NCBI GenBank assembly: GCA_001776335.1
Contig: MFAZ01000012.1
Span: 1 to 42,127, forward strand
Reading direction: 5' to 3'
Length of the DNA: 42,127 bases
Origin: Candidatus Curtissbacteria bacterium RIFCSPHIGHO2_01_FULL_41_11
Lineage (GTDB): Bacteria > Patescibacteriota > Microgenomatia > Curtissbacterales > GWA2-41-24
Made by a program: the position numbers and the translations under genes
Shown here: positions 15,879 through 24,919 of the stretch, piece after piece
Numbering within the stretch: position 1 is the first letter of the stretch
How the letters are laid out: each line of letters begins with the position of its first letter
The notes under the pieces: model-generated
Told to the model about the DNA's origin: nothing
The model's input: the letters and a program-made list of their open reading frames with translations, nothing else
Database searches by the model: none

Positions 15879-16690
15879 ACCCCTTTGATATTTTCCTAAC
15901 AACGCCGATTTTAAATCTTCTAATAGCAATCTATAAAATTTTGGCGTCCGCAAATATCCCGGGCACTCTTGGTTTGTCAATAATAATTCTAACAGCCATT
16001 ATCCGCTTTGCTCTTTGGCCGCTGACGTCGAGCCAGCTTAAAAGTACACAGAAAATGGCCGCTCTAAAACCTCACCTGGATAGAATAAAGACCGAGCACG
16101 GTCACGACAAGGTCCGCCATCAGGAAGAAGTCACAAAGCTCTATAAAGAACATGGAGTTAATCCCCTGGCTGGTTGTCTACCTCTCCTTTTGCAACTGCC
16201 GGTATTCTTTGCGTTATACAACGTGCTAAACAAAGTTGTAACTGCAAACGGAGACGATTTTGTTAAAACCATCAATAGCCAGCTATATTCCCCAGTTCTT
16301 CATTTAGACAAAGCACCCAGTACCTCATTCCTCACTTATGGTCTCCACAATAAGCCCAGCGAATGGCAGCAAGTTGGCATGCTAATACTTTTAGTTCCGC
16401 TTTTAACTGGAGCATTTCAGTTTATCCAGTCAAAAATGATTGTTGCACCAGCACCCAAAACAGCAGTTAAAAAAGCGGATGGCAAAGAAGGTATGGAAGA
16501 TACAATGGCTCAAGTTTCTTCCCAAATGACATTCCTGATGCCGGCAATGATCGCTTTTTTCTCTTACGGTTTCCCGCTCGGCCTTTCTCTTTACTGGAAT
16601 ACGTTTACCATAATTGGTATCATCCAGCAGTATGTAATTTCTGGTGCAGGCGCCCTCAACCAGTACCTGCCCAAAAAGTGGCAGAAATAA
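15875..16690 (+). CDS. yidC: Membrane protein insertase YidC (short Gram-positive-like form)
   Basis: ATGA overlap with the yidD stop (15875-15878). Motifs: LWPLTSSQLKSTQKMAALKPHLDRIK, GVNPLAGCLPLLLQLPVFFALY, LSLYW. The ORF-track start at 15836 would overlap yidD by 43 nt. Confidence 0.85.
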   Translation: MNPFDIFLTTPILNLLIAIYKILASANIPGTLGLSIIILTAIIRFALWPLTSSQLKSTQKMAALKPHLDRIKTEHGHDKVRHQEEVTKLYKEHGVNPLAGCLPLLLQLPVFFALYNVLNKVVTANGDDFVKTINSQLYSPVLHLDKAPSTSFLTYGLHNKPSEWQQVGMLILLVPLLTGAFQFIQSKMIVAPAPKTAVKKADGKEGMEDTMAQVSSQMTFLMPAMIAFFSYGFPLGLSLYWNTFTIIGIIQQYVISGAGALNQYLPKKWQK

Positions 16691-16704
16691 CTCTAAAAAA
16701 AATT

Positions 16705-17286
16705 ATGGCAACTAAGGCAGCAGCAAAACCAAAACACTCCCCCATCACCCCGAGCCCTTCAGGGAGAACCCTTAGGGTGAACCCAAAGGTCATCGACCCT
16801 GAGGCTCAGACCCGAAAGGGCGAAGGACCTAAGCCCTTTCTGGACGAAAATTTCGTAGCAGAACAGGTAAGGCAAATCATAGAAAAACTTGGCGTCTCGG
16901 CAACCGCCGAAGTCTCCCGAATGGACAAAACATTCACCGTCGATATTTCCTCTAGCGACTCGTCTCTTCTAATTGGTAAATACGGCGTAAATCTAGACAG
17001 TCTTCAGTTTATTCTCGCAGTTAGAATTAAGACCCTAACCGGCGAAGAAGATTTCGAAATTTTTGTCGATATAGACGGCTGGCGCAGACAAAAAGAAGAC
17101 AAACTAAAAAATATGGCCCTTTCAGTTGCAGATGAGGTGGCCAAAAGCGGCAAGCCAGAATCCCTCTTTAATTTGAAAGCTTCGGAAAGAAGAGTCATCC
17201 ACACAGTCTTAACAGATCATCCCAAGGTCCAGACAATCTCGGAAGGCGAAGGTCTGGACAGATATCTTGTAATTAAACCAAAGTAA
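16705..17286 (+). CDS. jag: Jag/KhpB-like RNA-binding protein (KH + R3H)
   Basis: KH-like LLIGKYGVNLDSLQFIL and R3H-like ERRVIHTVL...EGEGLDRYLVIKP. Its position after yidC is conserved. I prefer the ATG at 16705 over the GTG at 16678. Confidence 0.75.
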   Translation: MATKAAAKPKHSPITPSPSGRTLRVNPKVIDPEAQTRKGEGPKPFLDENFVAEQVRQIIEKLGVSATAEVSRMDKTFTVDISSSDSSLLIGKYGVNLDSLQFILAVRIKTLTGEEDFEIFVDIDGWRRQKEDKLKNMALSVADEVAKSGKPESLFNLKASERRVIHTVLTDHPKVQTISEGEGLDRYLVIKPK

Positions 17287-17378
17287 AATTGACCTAATTA
17301 TTCTAATTAACCTAATTGACCTAAATAAATTCTAATTCATAAATTTTTAAATTTCGACATTAGGATTTGAAAAATTAT

Positions 17379-17406
17379 TTAGAAATTAGAAATTAGCAAT
17401 TAGAAA
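17379..17406 (+). repeat. Heptamer tract TTAGAAA/TTAGCAA x4 upstream of the ligase-like gene
   Basis: Units at 17379, 17386, 17393 and 17400, giving a TAG every 7 nt and so covering all three frames. The ATG lies at 17426. Upstream, 17284-17345 is rich in CTAATT and TAATTGACCTAA repeats. Confidence 0.85.
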
Positions 17407-17425
17407 TTTATTCTGCACCTACTTA

Positions 17426-18625
17426 ATGTCCAAATCAGATCTCCTTTTCCTGGTATCTGTTGCCAGTATCCCCATTCAACTAAACAAATTTTTCTTCCCT
17501 GACTATTCTTTTGTATTTGGTCTGCCTGTAGACTACAGGGGCATTTCGATCTATCTATCCCATATTGCAATTGTTCTCTATCTGGTTGCATTCGTTCTGG
17601 AAAATCTTAAAAATCATAAAAAAATCTTCCAACGCTTCAAGCTATTCGCTCTGGTACTTTTTTTATTTAATTCATATTTATTCATCTCTTCTGCAATTTT
17701 CTCTGTTTCCAATGTCGCCTCGCTTATTTACAACATCAAGATTTTAACTCTAAGCCTTTTTTCATATGCTGCAGCAATAACCTTGTCTAAAAAACCAATA
17801 ACCAAACCACTAATAACAGTTATCAAGCTTTCCGTTTTCTGGGAATCGGCCCTGGTAGTCGCTCAGTTTCTGCTTCAGCGATCATTAAACCTTTGGCTTA
17901 TAGGTGAGAGAAGTTTCGATGTCTCCACACCGGGCATCGCCCACAGTCAGCTTTTCGGAAGTCAAATTCTTCGCCCATACGGTACATTTCCCCATCCAAA
18001 TGTTCTGGCCGCCTATCTCGTCATCTCTTTGATAATTTTAGGGAGTGATGCAAGAAGACAATTTTTGGCGACCGCTGCCCTCATTCTCACATTTTCCAGA
18101 AGTGCCTATCTTGTTGCAGCTTCGGCAATTTTGGCTTCGACCAGAAAAGTCCAATATCTGGCCGTGGAACTGGCTCTGGCAGCCGCCGCCGCTTTGTTTC
18201 TAACCAAACAGCTTCTCACATCCCAGCTCTCGTCAGTCGCCGAACGCCTTCTTTTAATTCAGTCGGCCCTAGATATTTCTCTCAAAAATCCTCTGTTTGG
18301 AGTTGGCAGCAATAATTTTATTCTTGAGCTTTCAAAACTTGATCTAACATCGCTTTCGCAAACCCGCCTCCTTCAGCCTGTCCATAATGTTTTTCTCCTC
18401 ATAGCTACCGAAAACGGTATCGTCGGACTCCTGCTCTTCACAGCCGTTCTTTTTGTTGCTTCAAAACACGTTAACTCCAAAACCAAAGCCCTTCTTTTCA
18501 TTGCCCTTCTGGCCTTCTCATCAATAGACCACTTCCTCTGGACCTTACACCAAGGCCAGATGATGCTATTCTTGATCCTTGCCTACATTGTGAGCAAAAA
18601 GCAATCTACCAAAAAGGGTGTATAA
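17426..18625 (+). CDS. O-antigen ligase / Wzy-like polytopic membrane protein
   Basis: About 10 hydrophobic helices. Wzy_C-like segment NPLFGVGSNNF...HNVFLLIATENGIVGLLLF. Confidence 0.65.
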   Translation: MSKSDLLFLVSVASIPIQLNKFFFPDYSFVFGLPVDYRGISIYLSHIAIVLYLVAFVLENLKNHKKIFQRFKLFALVLFLFNSYLFISSAIFSVSNVASLIYNIKILTLSLFSYAAAITLSKKPITKPLITVIKLSVFWESALVVAQFLLQRSLNLWLIGERSFDVSTPGIAHSQLFGSQILRPYGTFPHPNVLAAYLVISLIILGSDARRQFLATAALILTFSRSAYLVAASAILASTRKVQYLAVELALAAAAALFLTKQLLTSQLSSVAERLLLIQSALDISLKNPLFGVGSNNFILELSKLDLTSLSQTRLLQPVHNVFLLIATENGIVGLLLFTAVLFVASKHVNSKTKALLFIALLAFSSIDHFLWTLHQGQMMLFLILAYIVSKKQSTKKGV

Positions 18626-18636
18626 TACTCTCCGAT
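18554..18636 (+). repeat. Copy A of a diverged direct repeat (3' end of the ligase-like gene plus the junction)
   Basis: GCCTACATTGTGAGCAA (18581-18597) matches 19127-19143 at 16 of 17 positions. AATACTCTCCGAT (18624-18636) resembles GATACTATCCGAT (19155-19167). Copy A encodes GQMMLFLILAYIVSK. Copy B reads GRLILSLTLAYIVSKQKR*. Confidence 0.7.
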
Positions 18637-18873
18637 ATGACTAAAAAATTAGACTACATAATTAAATTAACCTACGATAAAGAATACAAAGGCTACGTTG
18701 CCGATGTTTTAAATCTTTACGGCTGCATGAGCCAAGGCAAAACCAAAAAAGAGGCCATCGCTAATGCCAGAAAAGCCATTAAAGCCTACATGGAGGCAAC
18801 AACCAAAAATGTTGAAAAATCTGCCCAACTGACTACAACCTCAGTTGACATGCCTTTGGCATTTGTTAACTAA
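18637..18873 (+). CDS. hicB: HicB-family antitoxin
   Basis: YKGYVADVLNLYGCMSQGKTKKEAIANARKAIKAYME fits the UPF0150/HicB-like fold. It is paired with a downstream hicA. Confidence 0.75.
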   Translation: MTKKLDYIIKLTYDKEYKGYVADVLNLYGCMSQGKTKKEAIANARKAIKAYMEATTKNVEKSAQLTTTSVDMPLAFVN

Positions 18874-19097
18874 TGGGTCTGCTTGCCAATATTTCAGGCA
18901 GAGAAGCAGTCAAAGCGCTTGTAAAATTTGGATACGTCCACACTCACACATCCGGCGATCACGCAATCCTGCAAAAATCTAATTCTCCAAGCCTATCAAT
19001 TCCGCTGCACAAAGAAGTAGCGCCATTCCTACTTAAGGCGCAGATTAAAAAAGCGGGAATATCAGTTAAAGAATTTCTAGGTTTGTTAAGAAAGTAA
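18873..19097 (+). CDS. hicA: HicA-family mRNA interferase toxin
   Basis: GREAVKALVKFGY...SGDHAIL...IPLHKEVAPFLLKAQIKKAGISVKEF. TAATG overlap with hicB. Confidence 0.8.
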   Translation: MGLLANISGREAVKALVKFGYVHTHTSGDHAILQKSNSPSLSIPLHKEVAPFLLKAQIKKAGISVKEFLGLLRK

Positions 19098-19099
19098 AA

Positions 19100-19171
19100 G
19101 GCCGACTTATCCTTTCTCTAACCCTAGCCTACATTGTCAGCAAGCAAAAAAGATGATACTATCCGATTGTC
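19100..19171 (+). repeat. Copy B of the diverged direct repeat (relic ligase-gene 3' end plus junction) downstream of hicA
   Basis: See copy A. The in-frame relic reads KGRLILSLTLAYIVSKQKR, followed by TGA. The same junction motif precedes the ATG at 19172. Confidence 0.65.
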
Positions 19172-19630
19172 ATGGTTGAACGGGTAATAGATTCAAGCCC
19201 AACAGATACTCTTATCAGACCGAAACTGTCTCTTTTTGAAAAGCGTCAACCCGGATTTTCCCATGTAATTCGCGAACTCGATCAAGAGTGTATAGAAGTC
19301 AATGGCCATGGGCTATTCTGGAGACTTTTTCTAGATCGACTACATTCACTCGAGCTAGGAAAAATCGCGGAGTTAGTTGGCGAAAGCAATCGCGAGCATC
19401 ACCTCCCACTAGTTGACGAAACTCTAGAGGAGGCTCTCAGCGCTGTTCAAGCTACCAAAAAAGACCCTAGATTTGCCTTTAGCCTTGGAGTCCCTCTGGG
19501 CTGGCAAGACAGAGATATAGAGCTCGCCTTTGCCTTTCTTAAGTTTTGCGACTCCAGAGAAAGAGCAATGAAGATGGCTGGGAACATTTACACAATAATT
19601 GGCGAGTTTCTGCCTGAAGAAAAAAGGTAA
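19172..19630 (+). CDS. Hypothetical protein (orphan; second cassette after hicBA)
   Basis: A 152-aa ORF with no overlapping alternative ORF. It is preceded by the same junction sequence as hicB. I recognised no motif. Confidence 0.5.
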   Translation: MVERVIDSSPTDTLIRPKLSLFEKRQPGFSHVIRELDQECIEVNGHGLFWRLFLDRLHSLELGKIAELVGESNREHHLPLVDETLEEALSAVQATKKDPRFAFSLGVPLGWQDRDIELAFAFLKFCDSRERAMKMAGNIYTIIGEFLPEEKR

Positions 19631-19749
19631 ATTTCACTCTCCTCAATCACCACACTCAAGTTGCTAGCCAGTCGCAAATATAGCAATTTATCACTGACGG
19701 CCCTTCATATTCATTGTCAATTATCAACTGCCAAGTGTATCCTTAGTAC

Positions 19750-21015
19750 GTGTTCAAAAAGGTTATCTACAACACCGGCGCTCAAGTTATTGGTAAAGCA
19801 ACTACCGCAACAATCACCCTTTTAATTACTTTAATCATCGGCCGCACCTTGGGCCCTGCAGGCTATGGAGATTTCACTAAAATTTTCGTTTTCGTTGGCT
19901 ATTTCTATACGCTTGCTGATTTTGGTCTTAACGCCATCTATATTAAAATTGCCAAAGAAAATGAATTACCACACCTCAAATCATTACTCGGGCTTCGCAT
20001 AATAATCGGAGTCACACTCGCACTGATTGCAACCGTCTCTGGCTTTCTGCTTCCTTACGATCAGGCTGCCTCAACCGGCTTTAGCCCTCTCGTCAAAGTT
20101 GGAATTGCCATCGCCTCCATAACCATCATTACCCAAGCTCTTTACCTTACTGCCAACGCCTTCTACCAAAAAATTCTGCGCTATGATCTTTCAACAATTT
20201 CCGCAGCCGTAAGCTACGTTTTTGTTTTATTAACAGCTGCTCTCGTCACCTTCACATCAAAATCCCTCCTCGGCTACACAATAGCCTATCCGATTGGCGG
20301 ATTCATTCTAGTTCTGGTTGCTTTTGCGATTATCAAAAAAAGAACAAAAACTCTCCCCACTCCGACATTCTCAAAAAAAGAAGTCATAAAATTTGCAAAA
20401 CCTGCTTGGCCGGTCGGCCTCGCGCTCATCTTCAACCTTATCTACTTTAGAATTGATGTTTTTATTCTTTCAAACTACAGACCAAGTACGGAAGTGGGGC
20501 TCTATGGTCTTGCCTACCAATTTTTTGAAGCAGCTCTTGCGATCCCAATTTTTTTCTCAAACGCCATCTACCCTCCACTGGCCAATTTTTACAAAGTAAG
20601 CAGGCAGCGCTTCCAAAAAGAAGTTAAAAACTGGCTTTTTATCCTAAGTGGAGTTTCCATCCTTCTCACCATCACAATGTTCTCGGTGTCTTTTTTTATC
20701 TCGGCAATTTTTGGGAGAAATTTTGAAGGCTCTATGCCGGCCCTCCAAATTCTCTCCATAGGCCTTCCATTTTTCTTTATCTCTGCTCTCTTGTGGCATT
20801 TATTGATTATTTACGACAAGCAGAAATACCTCACTTTGATTTATGCAGTTGGCGCCGTCTTCAACATCATCGCCAATCTTATTTTTATCCCAACCTACGG
20901 TTACATCGCAGCAAGCATCATCACTGTTATTTCGGAAGCGCTAATCACCCTGCTGCTTGTAATAGCGATTCGTTCCAAAAACAATTTAACAATGAAACAA
21001 TTTAACAATTATTGA
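19750..21015 (+). CDS. Wzx/MOP-family polysaccharide flippase
   Basis: GTG start and about 12-14 TM helices. N-terminus AQVIGKATTATITLLITLIIGRTLGPAGYGDF is typical of oligosaccharide flippases. The last 10 codons are encoded by an octamer tract. Confidence 0.7.
   Translation: MFKKVIYNTGAQVIGKATTATITLLITLIIGRTLGPAGYGDFTKIFVFVGYFYTLADFGLNAIYIKIAKENELPHLKSLLGLRIIIGVTLALIATVSGFLLPYDQAASTGFSPLVKVGIAIASITIITQALYLTANAFYQKILRYDLSTISAAVSYVFVLLTAALVTFTSKSLLGYTIAYPIGGFILVLVAFAIIKKRTKTLPTPTFSKKEVIKFAKPAWPVGLALIFNLIYFRIDVFILSNYRPSTEVGLYGLAYQFFEAALAIPIFFSNAIYPPLANFYKVSRQRFQKEVKNWLFILSGVSILLTITMFSVSFFISAIFGRNFEGSMPALQILSIGLPFFFISALLWHLLIIYDKQKYLTLIYAVGAVFNIIANLIFIPTYGYIAASIITVISEALITLLLVIAIRSKNNLTMKQFNNY
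20981..21012 (+). repeat. Octamer tract ACAATTTA/ACAATGAA x4 at the flippase 3' end / rnhA 5' end
   Basis: Units at 20981, 20989, 20997 and 21005. It encodes NNLTMKQFNNY. Confidence 0.8.
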
Positions 21016-21017
21016 AT

Positions 21018-21428
21018 ATGCTTAATATTTTTTGCGACGGAGGGGCACGGGGTAATCCAGGACCGGCAGCTTATGGTTTTGTGATAAAAGAAAATGGTAA
21101 GACAATAAAAAAAGAAGGTAAAACACTCGGGATTGCAACCAATAATTTTGCCGAGTATACTGCCGTTATCGAAGCGCTTAAGTGGCTTTTGGATGGCTAC
21201 GAAGGTCAGGACCTTAACTTTTTTTTGGATTCGCAACTGGTAGCCTCCCAGCTGTCAGGCATTTACAAAGTTAAAAATGCCCAAATACGCGAACTGGTTC
21301 TTAAGGTAAAAAATCTTGAAACTAGCTTTGGTCAGATTAAATATATGTATATTCCAAGAGAACAAAACAAAGAAGCTGATGCAATGGTAAACAGAGCACT
21401 CGACTCAGAATTAGTAATTAGAAATTAG
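21018..21428 (+). CDS. rnhA: Ribonuclease HI
   Basis: CDGGARGNPGPAAYGFVI, NNFAEYTAVIEAL, LDSQLV, REQNKEADAMVNRAL. I prefer the ATG at 21018 over the TTG at 21012. The C-terminal SELVIRN and the TAG stop are encoded by heptamers at 21411-21431. Confidence 0.85.
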   Translation: MLNIFCDGGARGNPGPAAYGFVIKENGKTIKKEGKTLGIATNNFAEYTAVIEALKWLLDGYEGQDLNFFLDSQLVASQLSGIYKVKNAQIRELVLKVKNLETSFGQIKYMYIPREQNKEADAMVNRALDSELVIRN

Positions 21429-21431
21429 AAA
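21411..21431 (+). repeat. Heptamer tract TTAGTAA/TTAGAAA x3 forming the rnhA 3' end and stop
   Basis: Units at 21411, 21418 and 21425. Same family as 17379-17406. Confidence 0.8.
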
Positions 21432-21440
21432 TTCTCAGAC

Positions 21441-22007
21441 ATGGAGCTTAAAGAATATTTATCTCTTTTCAAAAAATATTCAGTTTTTATTCTGGTATGT
21501 CTCATTTTGGGAACGATAACCGGTACGCTGACTACAAATTTTCTACCTTCAGGGTTCAACCTTAACCAAACCTTTTATCTGGCCATTTCTCAGCCGGCAA
21601 CACAGCAAAGCTACGATTATGAGGGCTTCTACGCTCAGGAGAGAGCCAGAAACTTTACCGACAGCGCAGTCGCAATTCTTGAAAGTAGCGATTTTCAGAC
21701 AGAGGTAGCCCAAGAGGGGCAGGCCTTGATGGTTAAAAAGCTGGCCCCCCAGGTAATTCGCATAACAGCAATAGGAGACAATACTCAAAGCGCCAAAAAC
21801 CTTATGATAAAAACTACAGACGTATTCAATAAGAAATTTACAGATCTCGCAGGAGTCGAAAACGCCCTGTCCCTCAAGCAAATCGCAAATCCCCAGGAGC
21901 CCTCCTTCAAAAGAAGTAGCAGAAAAATCTATGCAGCAGCAGGAGCCGTTTTGGGTATCGTCACAGCTGTTGTGGTAATCAGCCTTAAATCATACTTCAG
22001 ACTATGA
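21441..22007 (+). CDS. Wzz-like (polysaccharide co-polymerase-like) bitopic membrane protein
   Basis: An N-terminal TM (VFILVCLILGTITG) and a C-terminal TM (AAAGAVLGIVTAVVVISL) flank a ~130-aa loop. The N-terminal MELKEYLSLFKK pattern is typical of chain-length determinants. Confidence 0.45.
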   Translation: MELKEYLSLFKKYSVFILVCLILGTITGTLTTNFLPSGFNLNQTFYLAISQPATQQSYDYEGFYAQERARNFTDSAVAILESSDFQTEVAQEGQALMVKKLAPQVIRITAIGDNTQSAKNLMIKTTDVFNKKFTDLAGVENALSLKQIANPQEPSFKRSSRKIYAAAGAVLGIVTAVVVISLKSYFRL

Positions 22008-22017
22008 CATCATTTAT

Positions 22018-22102
22018 TCTGAGCGAAAAAACTCCGGTATTTATGCCGGAGATGAAGCGAATTTTAAGCGAAGATCAGAGAACCACGGCCTTTAGGCCGT
22101 GG
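22018..22102. repeat. GC-rich intergenic element with three AGCGAA motifs and two hairpins
   Basis: TGAGCGAA, GAAGCGAA and TAAGCGAA. Hairpin CTCCGG-N8-CCGGAG at 22032-22051. Strong hairpin CCACGGCC-TTTA-GGCCGTGG at 22083-22102, with no U-tract. Confidence 0.6.
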
Positions 22103-22147
22103 GTATCTATTAGCATAAATTCGTATTAACATTCGCATTTAATTAGC

Positions 22148-24919
22148 ATGTCTACTTCTGCCCAAAAAAAGCTGTCCGTCTTGATAACAGAGGCAGGCAC
22201 ATTTCTTGGCACCGAGCTTGCCCGGGCATATCTTGCTGAAGATACCATCGTCTACGGGGTGAGCAATACGACGCTCCCCGGGGATTTACTTATAAACCAT
22301 AACTTCACCCTACTTGAACTTGATCTCAGCCAACCGCTACCGGCATACCTTCCGAGTTTTGATCTTATTTTTGATTTTTCTATACTAAAAAACTCCAAGA
22401 TAAACCTGTTTTCTCAAATGCCGGCAGTCCCCCAGCAGACTGAAAATATAATCTCTCAGCTTCAAGACAACACAAAACTTTTTATTTTTTCGAAAATCGC
22501 AACCAATGAGGACTTATATGATTATCTGACAAGATCGGGAAGCAGTCTTAAAAGAAAACTCAAGCTAGTACTCGTTGGTGATCTCTATGGACCAGCTGTC
22601 AAAGAGCAGGAGGGGAACGAACTGACAAATATAATCTTCCAGGCAATAAAAAGTGACAAAATAATTTTAGAGGATGAGGGGCTAAGACTCATCTACCCTG
22701 CATATGTCACCGATGTCACCGAATCGATTATCCAAATAGCAAAAGAACCAAAAGATAAAGAAATCTACAGGTTTGTTTCAGACCAAGCTAAAACCTCCCT
22801 GACTGTCTCTTACGAGCTGCAGGACATAGCAAGACTTGTTCTAGGTAAAGAATTAGGCTTATTTTTTAGCGGCCCACAGAAACAAATTACCCACGAGCCA
22901 GAAATTATGGTTACCGCAGACGTCATAAAAAAAACAGATTTGAGAGAGGGCTTAAATAAAACCTTGGAGTATTTCAACAACAATGAACAAATCGAGCACC
23001 CCAAAAAGATACCTCTTGCAAATTATCACCACCCAAACCCGCCGACCCAAAGAGAAGAGCAAAAACCTCCACATGTCACAAAAAGACTTCCCGTATTTAC
23101 CCTCGCCTATAACTTCAAAGCCAGAAATGTTATTGCAATCCTCATCATGCTGTTTCTGCTGACAGTCACCAAAACTGTTTTGGATTTCTACCTTGGGGCT
23201 ACTAGCTTAAAAGCTGCAAAATCTCAGCTGGAGTCAGGAGATTTTAAAGCCGCCCGCCAAAAGGCTTCTAATTCTCAAAAATCGTTTCATGCGGCGGCAA
23301 ATAAAACCATATTTATAAAAAGCCTCAACACGCTTGCAAATTCTCTGGAAACAGGCAGCACGGCAGCTCTTTATTTCACGGATGGCGCCGAAGCATTTTC
23401 AAAAAGCATTTATGACATAACACAGCCAGGGTCGACGGCTACTCAGGATAAAGATGCAGTCAGCGCAAGTTTTCAAAAAGCAACCTCACTTTCCGCCTAC
23501 GCATCCGCAAAACTCAACTCGGTGAGTATAAGCCCTCTTAACTCCAGCATTGAAATTGCCAAAAAGGAATTTACAGATCTTAGCCGTCTTTCACAAAGCG
23601 CATACGAACTTTCCAATTTACTTGACGACTTAACAGGTGCAAGCGGCAGCAAAAAAACCTATCTGGTTTTGCTTCAAAATAATACCGAACTGCGGCCAGG
23701 CGGCGGCTTTATTGGGAACTACGCAACCGTTGAATTTAATCAAGGGAAGCTCGGTGATATAACAGTTGATGACATTTACAATATTGATGGCCAGCTCAAA
23801 GAAAAAATTGAACCTCCAAAAGAGCTTAAAGATAAATTAGGTACGACTCAGCTCTATCTTCGCGATTCCAATTGGAGTCCTGACAATACTCTTAACTCCC
23901 AAACCGAAAGGGATCTCTTTAAAAAAGAAACAGGCAAAAGTGTTGACGGAGTCATAACTCTGGACCTTAGCTTCGTTCAGGAGATCCTTGAAAGTTCCGG
24001 CCCAATCAGGCTCGAAGATTACAAAGAAGACATAAGTGCCAAAAACCTCTTCGAGAAAGGAGAATACTACAGTGAAATTGGTTTTTTCCCGGGTTCCACC
24101 CAGAAAAAGGACTTTTTCGGTGCTCTTTCAAAGGCACTAATTGCCAAGGTACTTCAAACAGAAAAGGAAGACAAAAACGCAACTTCACAAATCGCCCTTA
24201 TAAAAGCCGTCAGAAATGCTCTTCATGGCAAACATATGATGCTCTCCTTCGACGACCCCAATCTCGCAACGTATGTCGCAACTCACGGCTGGAATCAACC
24301 ACTCCCTCCGCTTACCTTCAACCCGGCAGACGATTCATTTGAAACTCGGGATTTCCTAACTATCTCAGAAGCCAATCTCGGAGCCAATAAGGTCAACAGA
24401 TTTATAGAAAGAAAAATTTCCTACGATATGACAATTGGCAGAGATGCCGATCTTGTTGCCAAATTGAAGATTTCATATACCAACAACAGCCAGGCTGACA
24501 CTTGGCCGGGTGGCAAATATACAAATTTTCTGAGAGTGTACGTACCCGCAAACTCCGGCCTTCTGGAAGTAAGAAATGGCGACGTAACAGACATAAAGAC
24601 TGTCGCAACCCAAATCCAAGGCTTTTTAACCTCTTTTTCAACTTTTGTCGAAGTCCCAATAAAGTCTACAAAAGAAATCGAACTTACTTACCGTATTCCA
24701 AAAAACATTAAACTTGAGACCAACCCAACCTACCATGTTTACTTCTCCAAACAGCCTGGGACCGAAAGTGATCCCCTAACTTTCATATTCAATCTGCCCC
24801 AATACTTACAGATAAGATCCATAAATGGCAGCGAGGAAGTAACAGGCAAGCAAAACGTAAAAACAGAAACAGATTTAGAAGTTGACAGGCAATTTACAAT
24901 TGAAGTTAAAAAGAATTAG
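22148..24919 (+). CDS. DUF4012-domain envelope protein with an N-terminal Rossmann-like (epimerase-like) domain
   Basis: N-terminal VLITEAGTFLGTELARAYL, one TM (IAILIMLFLLTV), and the DUF4012 hallmark LVLLQNNTELRPGGGFIGNYATVEF. Confidence 0.6.
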   Translation: MSTSAQKKLSVLITEAGTFLGTELARAYLAEDTIVYGVSNTTLPGDLLINHNFTLLELDLSQPLPAYLPSFDLIFDFSILKNSKINLFSQMPAVPQQTENIISQLQDNTKLFIFSKIATNEDLYDYLTRSGSSLKRKLKLVLVGDLYGPAVKEQEGNELTNIIFQAIKSDKIILEDEGLRLIYPAYVTDVTESIIQIAKEPKDKEIYRFVSDQAKTSLTVSYELQDIARLVLGKELGLFFSGPQKQITHEPEIMVTADVIKKTDLREGLNKTLEYFNNNEQIEHPKKIPLANYHHPNPPTQREEQKPPHVTKRLPVFTLAYNFKARNVIAILIMLFLLTVTKTVLDFYLGATSLKAAKSQLESGDFKAARQKASNSQKSFHAAANKTIFIKSLNTLANSLETGSTAALYFTDGAEAFSKSIYDITQPGSTATQDKDAVSASFQKATSLSAYASAKLNSVSISPLNSSIEIAKKEFTDLSRLSQSAYELSNLLDDLTGASGSKKTYLVLLQNNTELRPGGGFIGNYATVEFNQGKLGDITVDDIYNIDGQLKEKIEPPKELKDKLGTTQLYLRDSNWSPDNTLNSQTERDLFKKETGKSVDGVITLDLSFVQEILESSGPIRLEDYKEDISAKNLFEKGEYYSEIGFFPGSTQKKDFFGALSKALIAKVLQTEKEDKNATSQIALIKAVRNALHGKHMMLSFDDPNLATYVATHGWNQPLPPLTFNPADDSFETRDFLTISEANLGANKVNRFIERKISYDMTIGRDADLVAKLKISYTNNSQADTWPGGKYTNFLRVYVPANSGLLEVRNGDVTDIKTVATQIQGFLTSFSTFVEVPIKSTKEIELTYRIPKNIKLETNPTYHVYFSKQPGTESDPLTFIFNLPQYLQIRSINGSEEVTGKQNVKTETDLEVDRQFTIEVKKN

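Noticed and set aside
19690-19749. Third copy of the ligase-3'-end/junction repeat after the orphan gene (GCCCTTCATATTCATTGTCAATTATCAA)
   Set aside because: It shares only a CATTGTCA core plus a few flanking matches with copies A and B. That is too weak to claim by eye.
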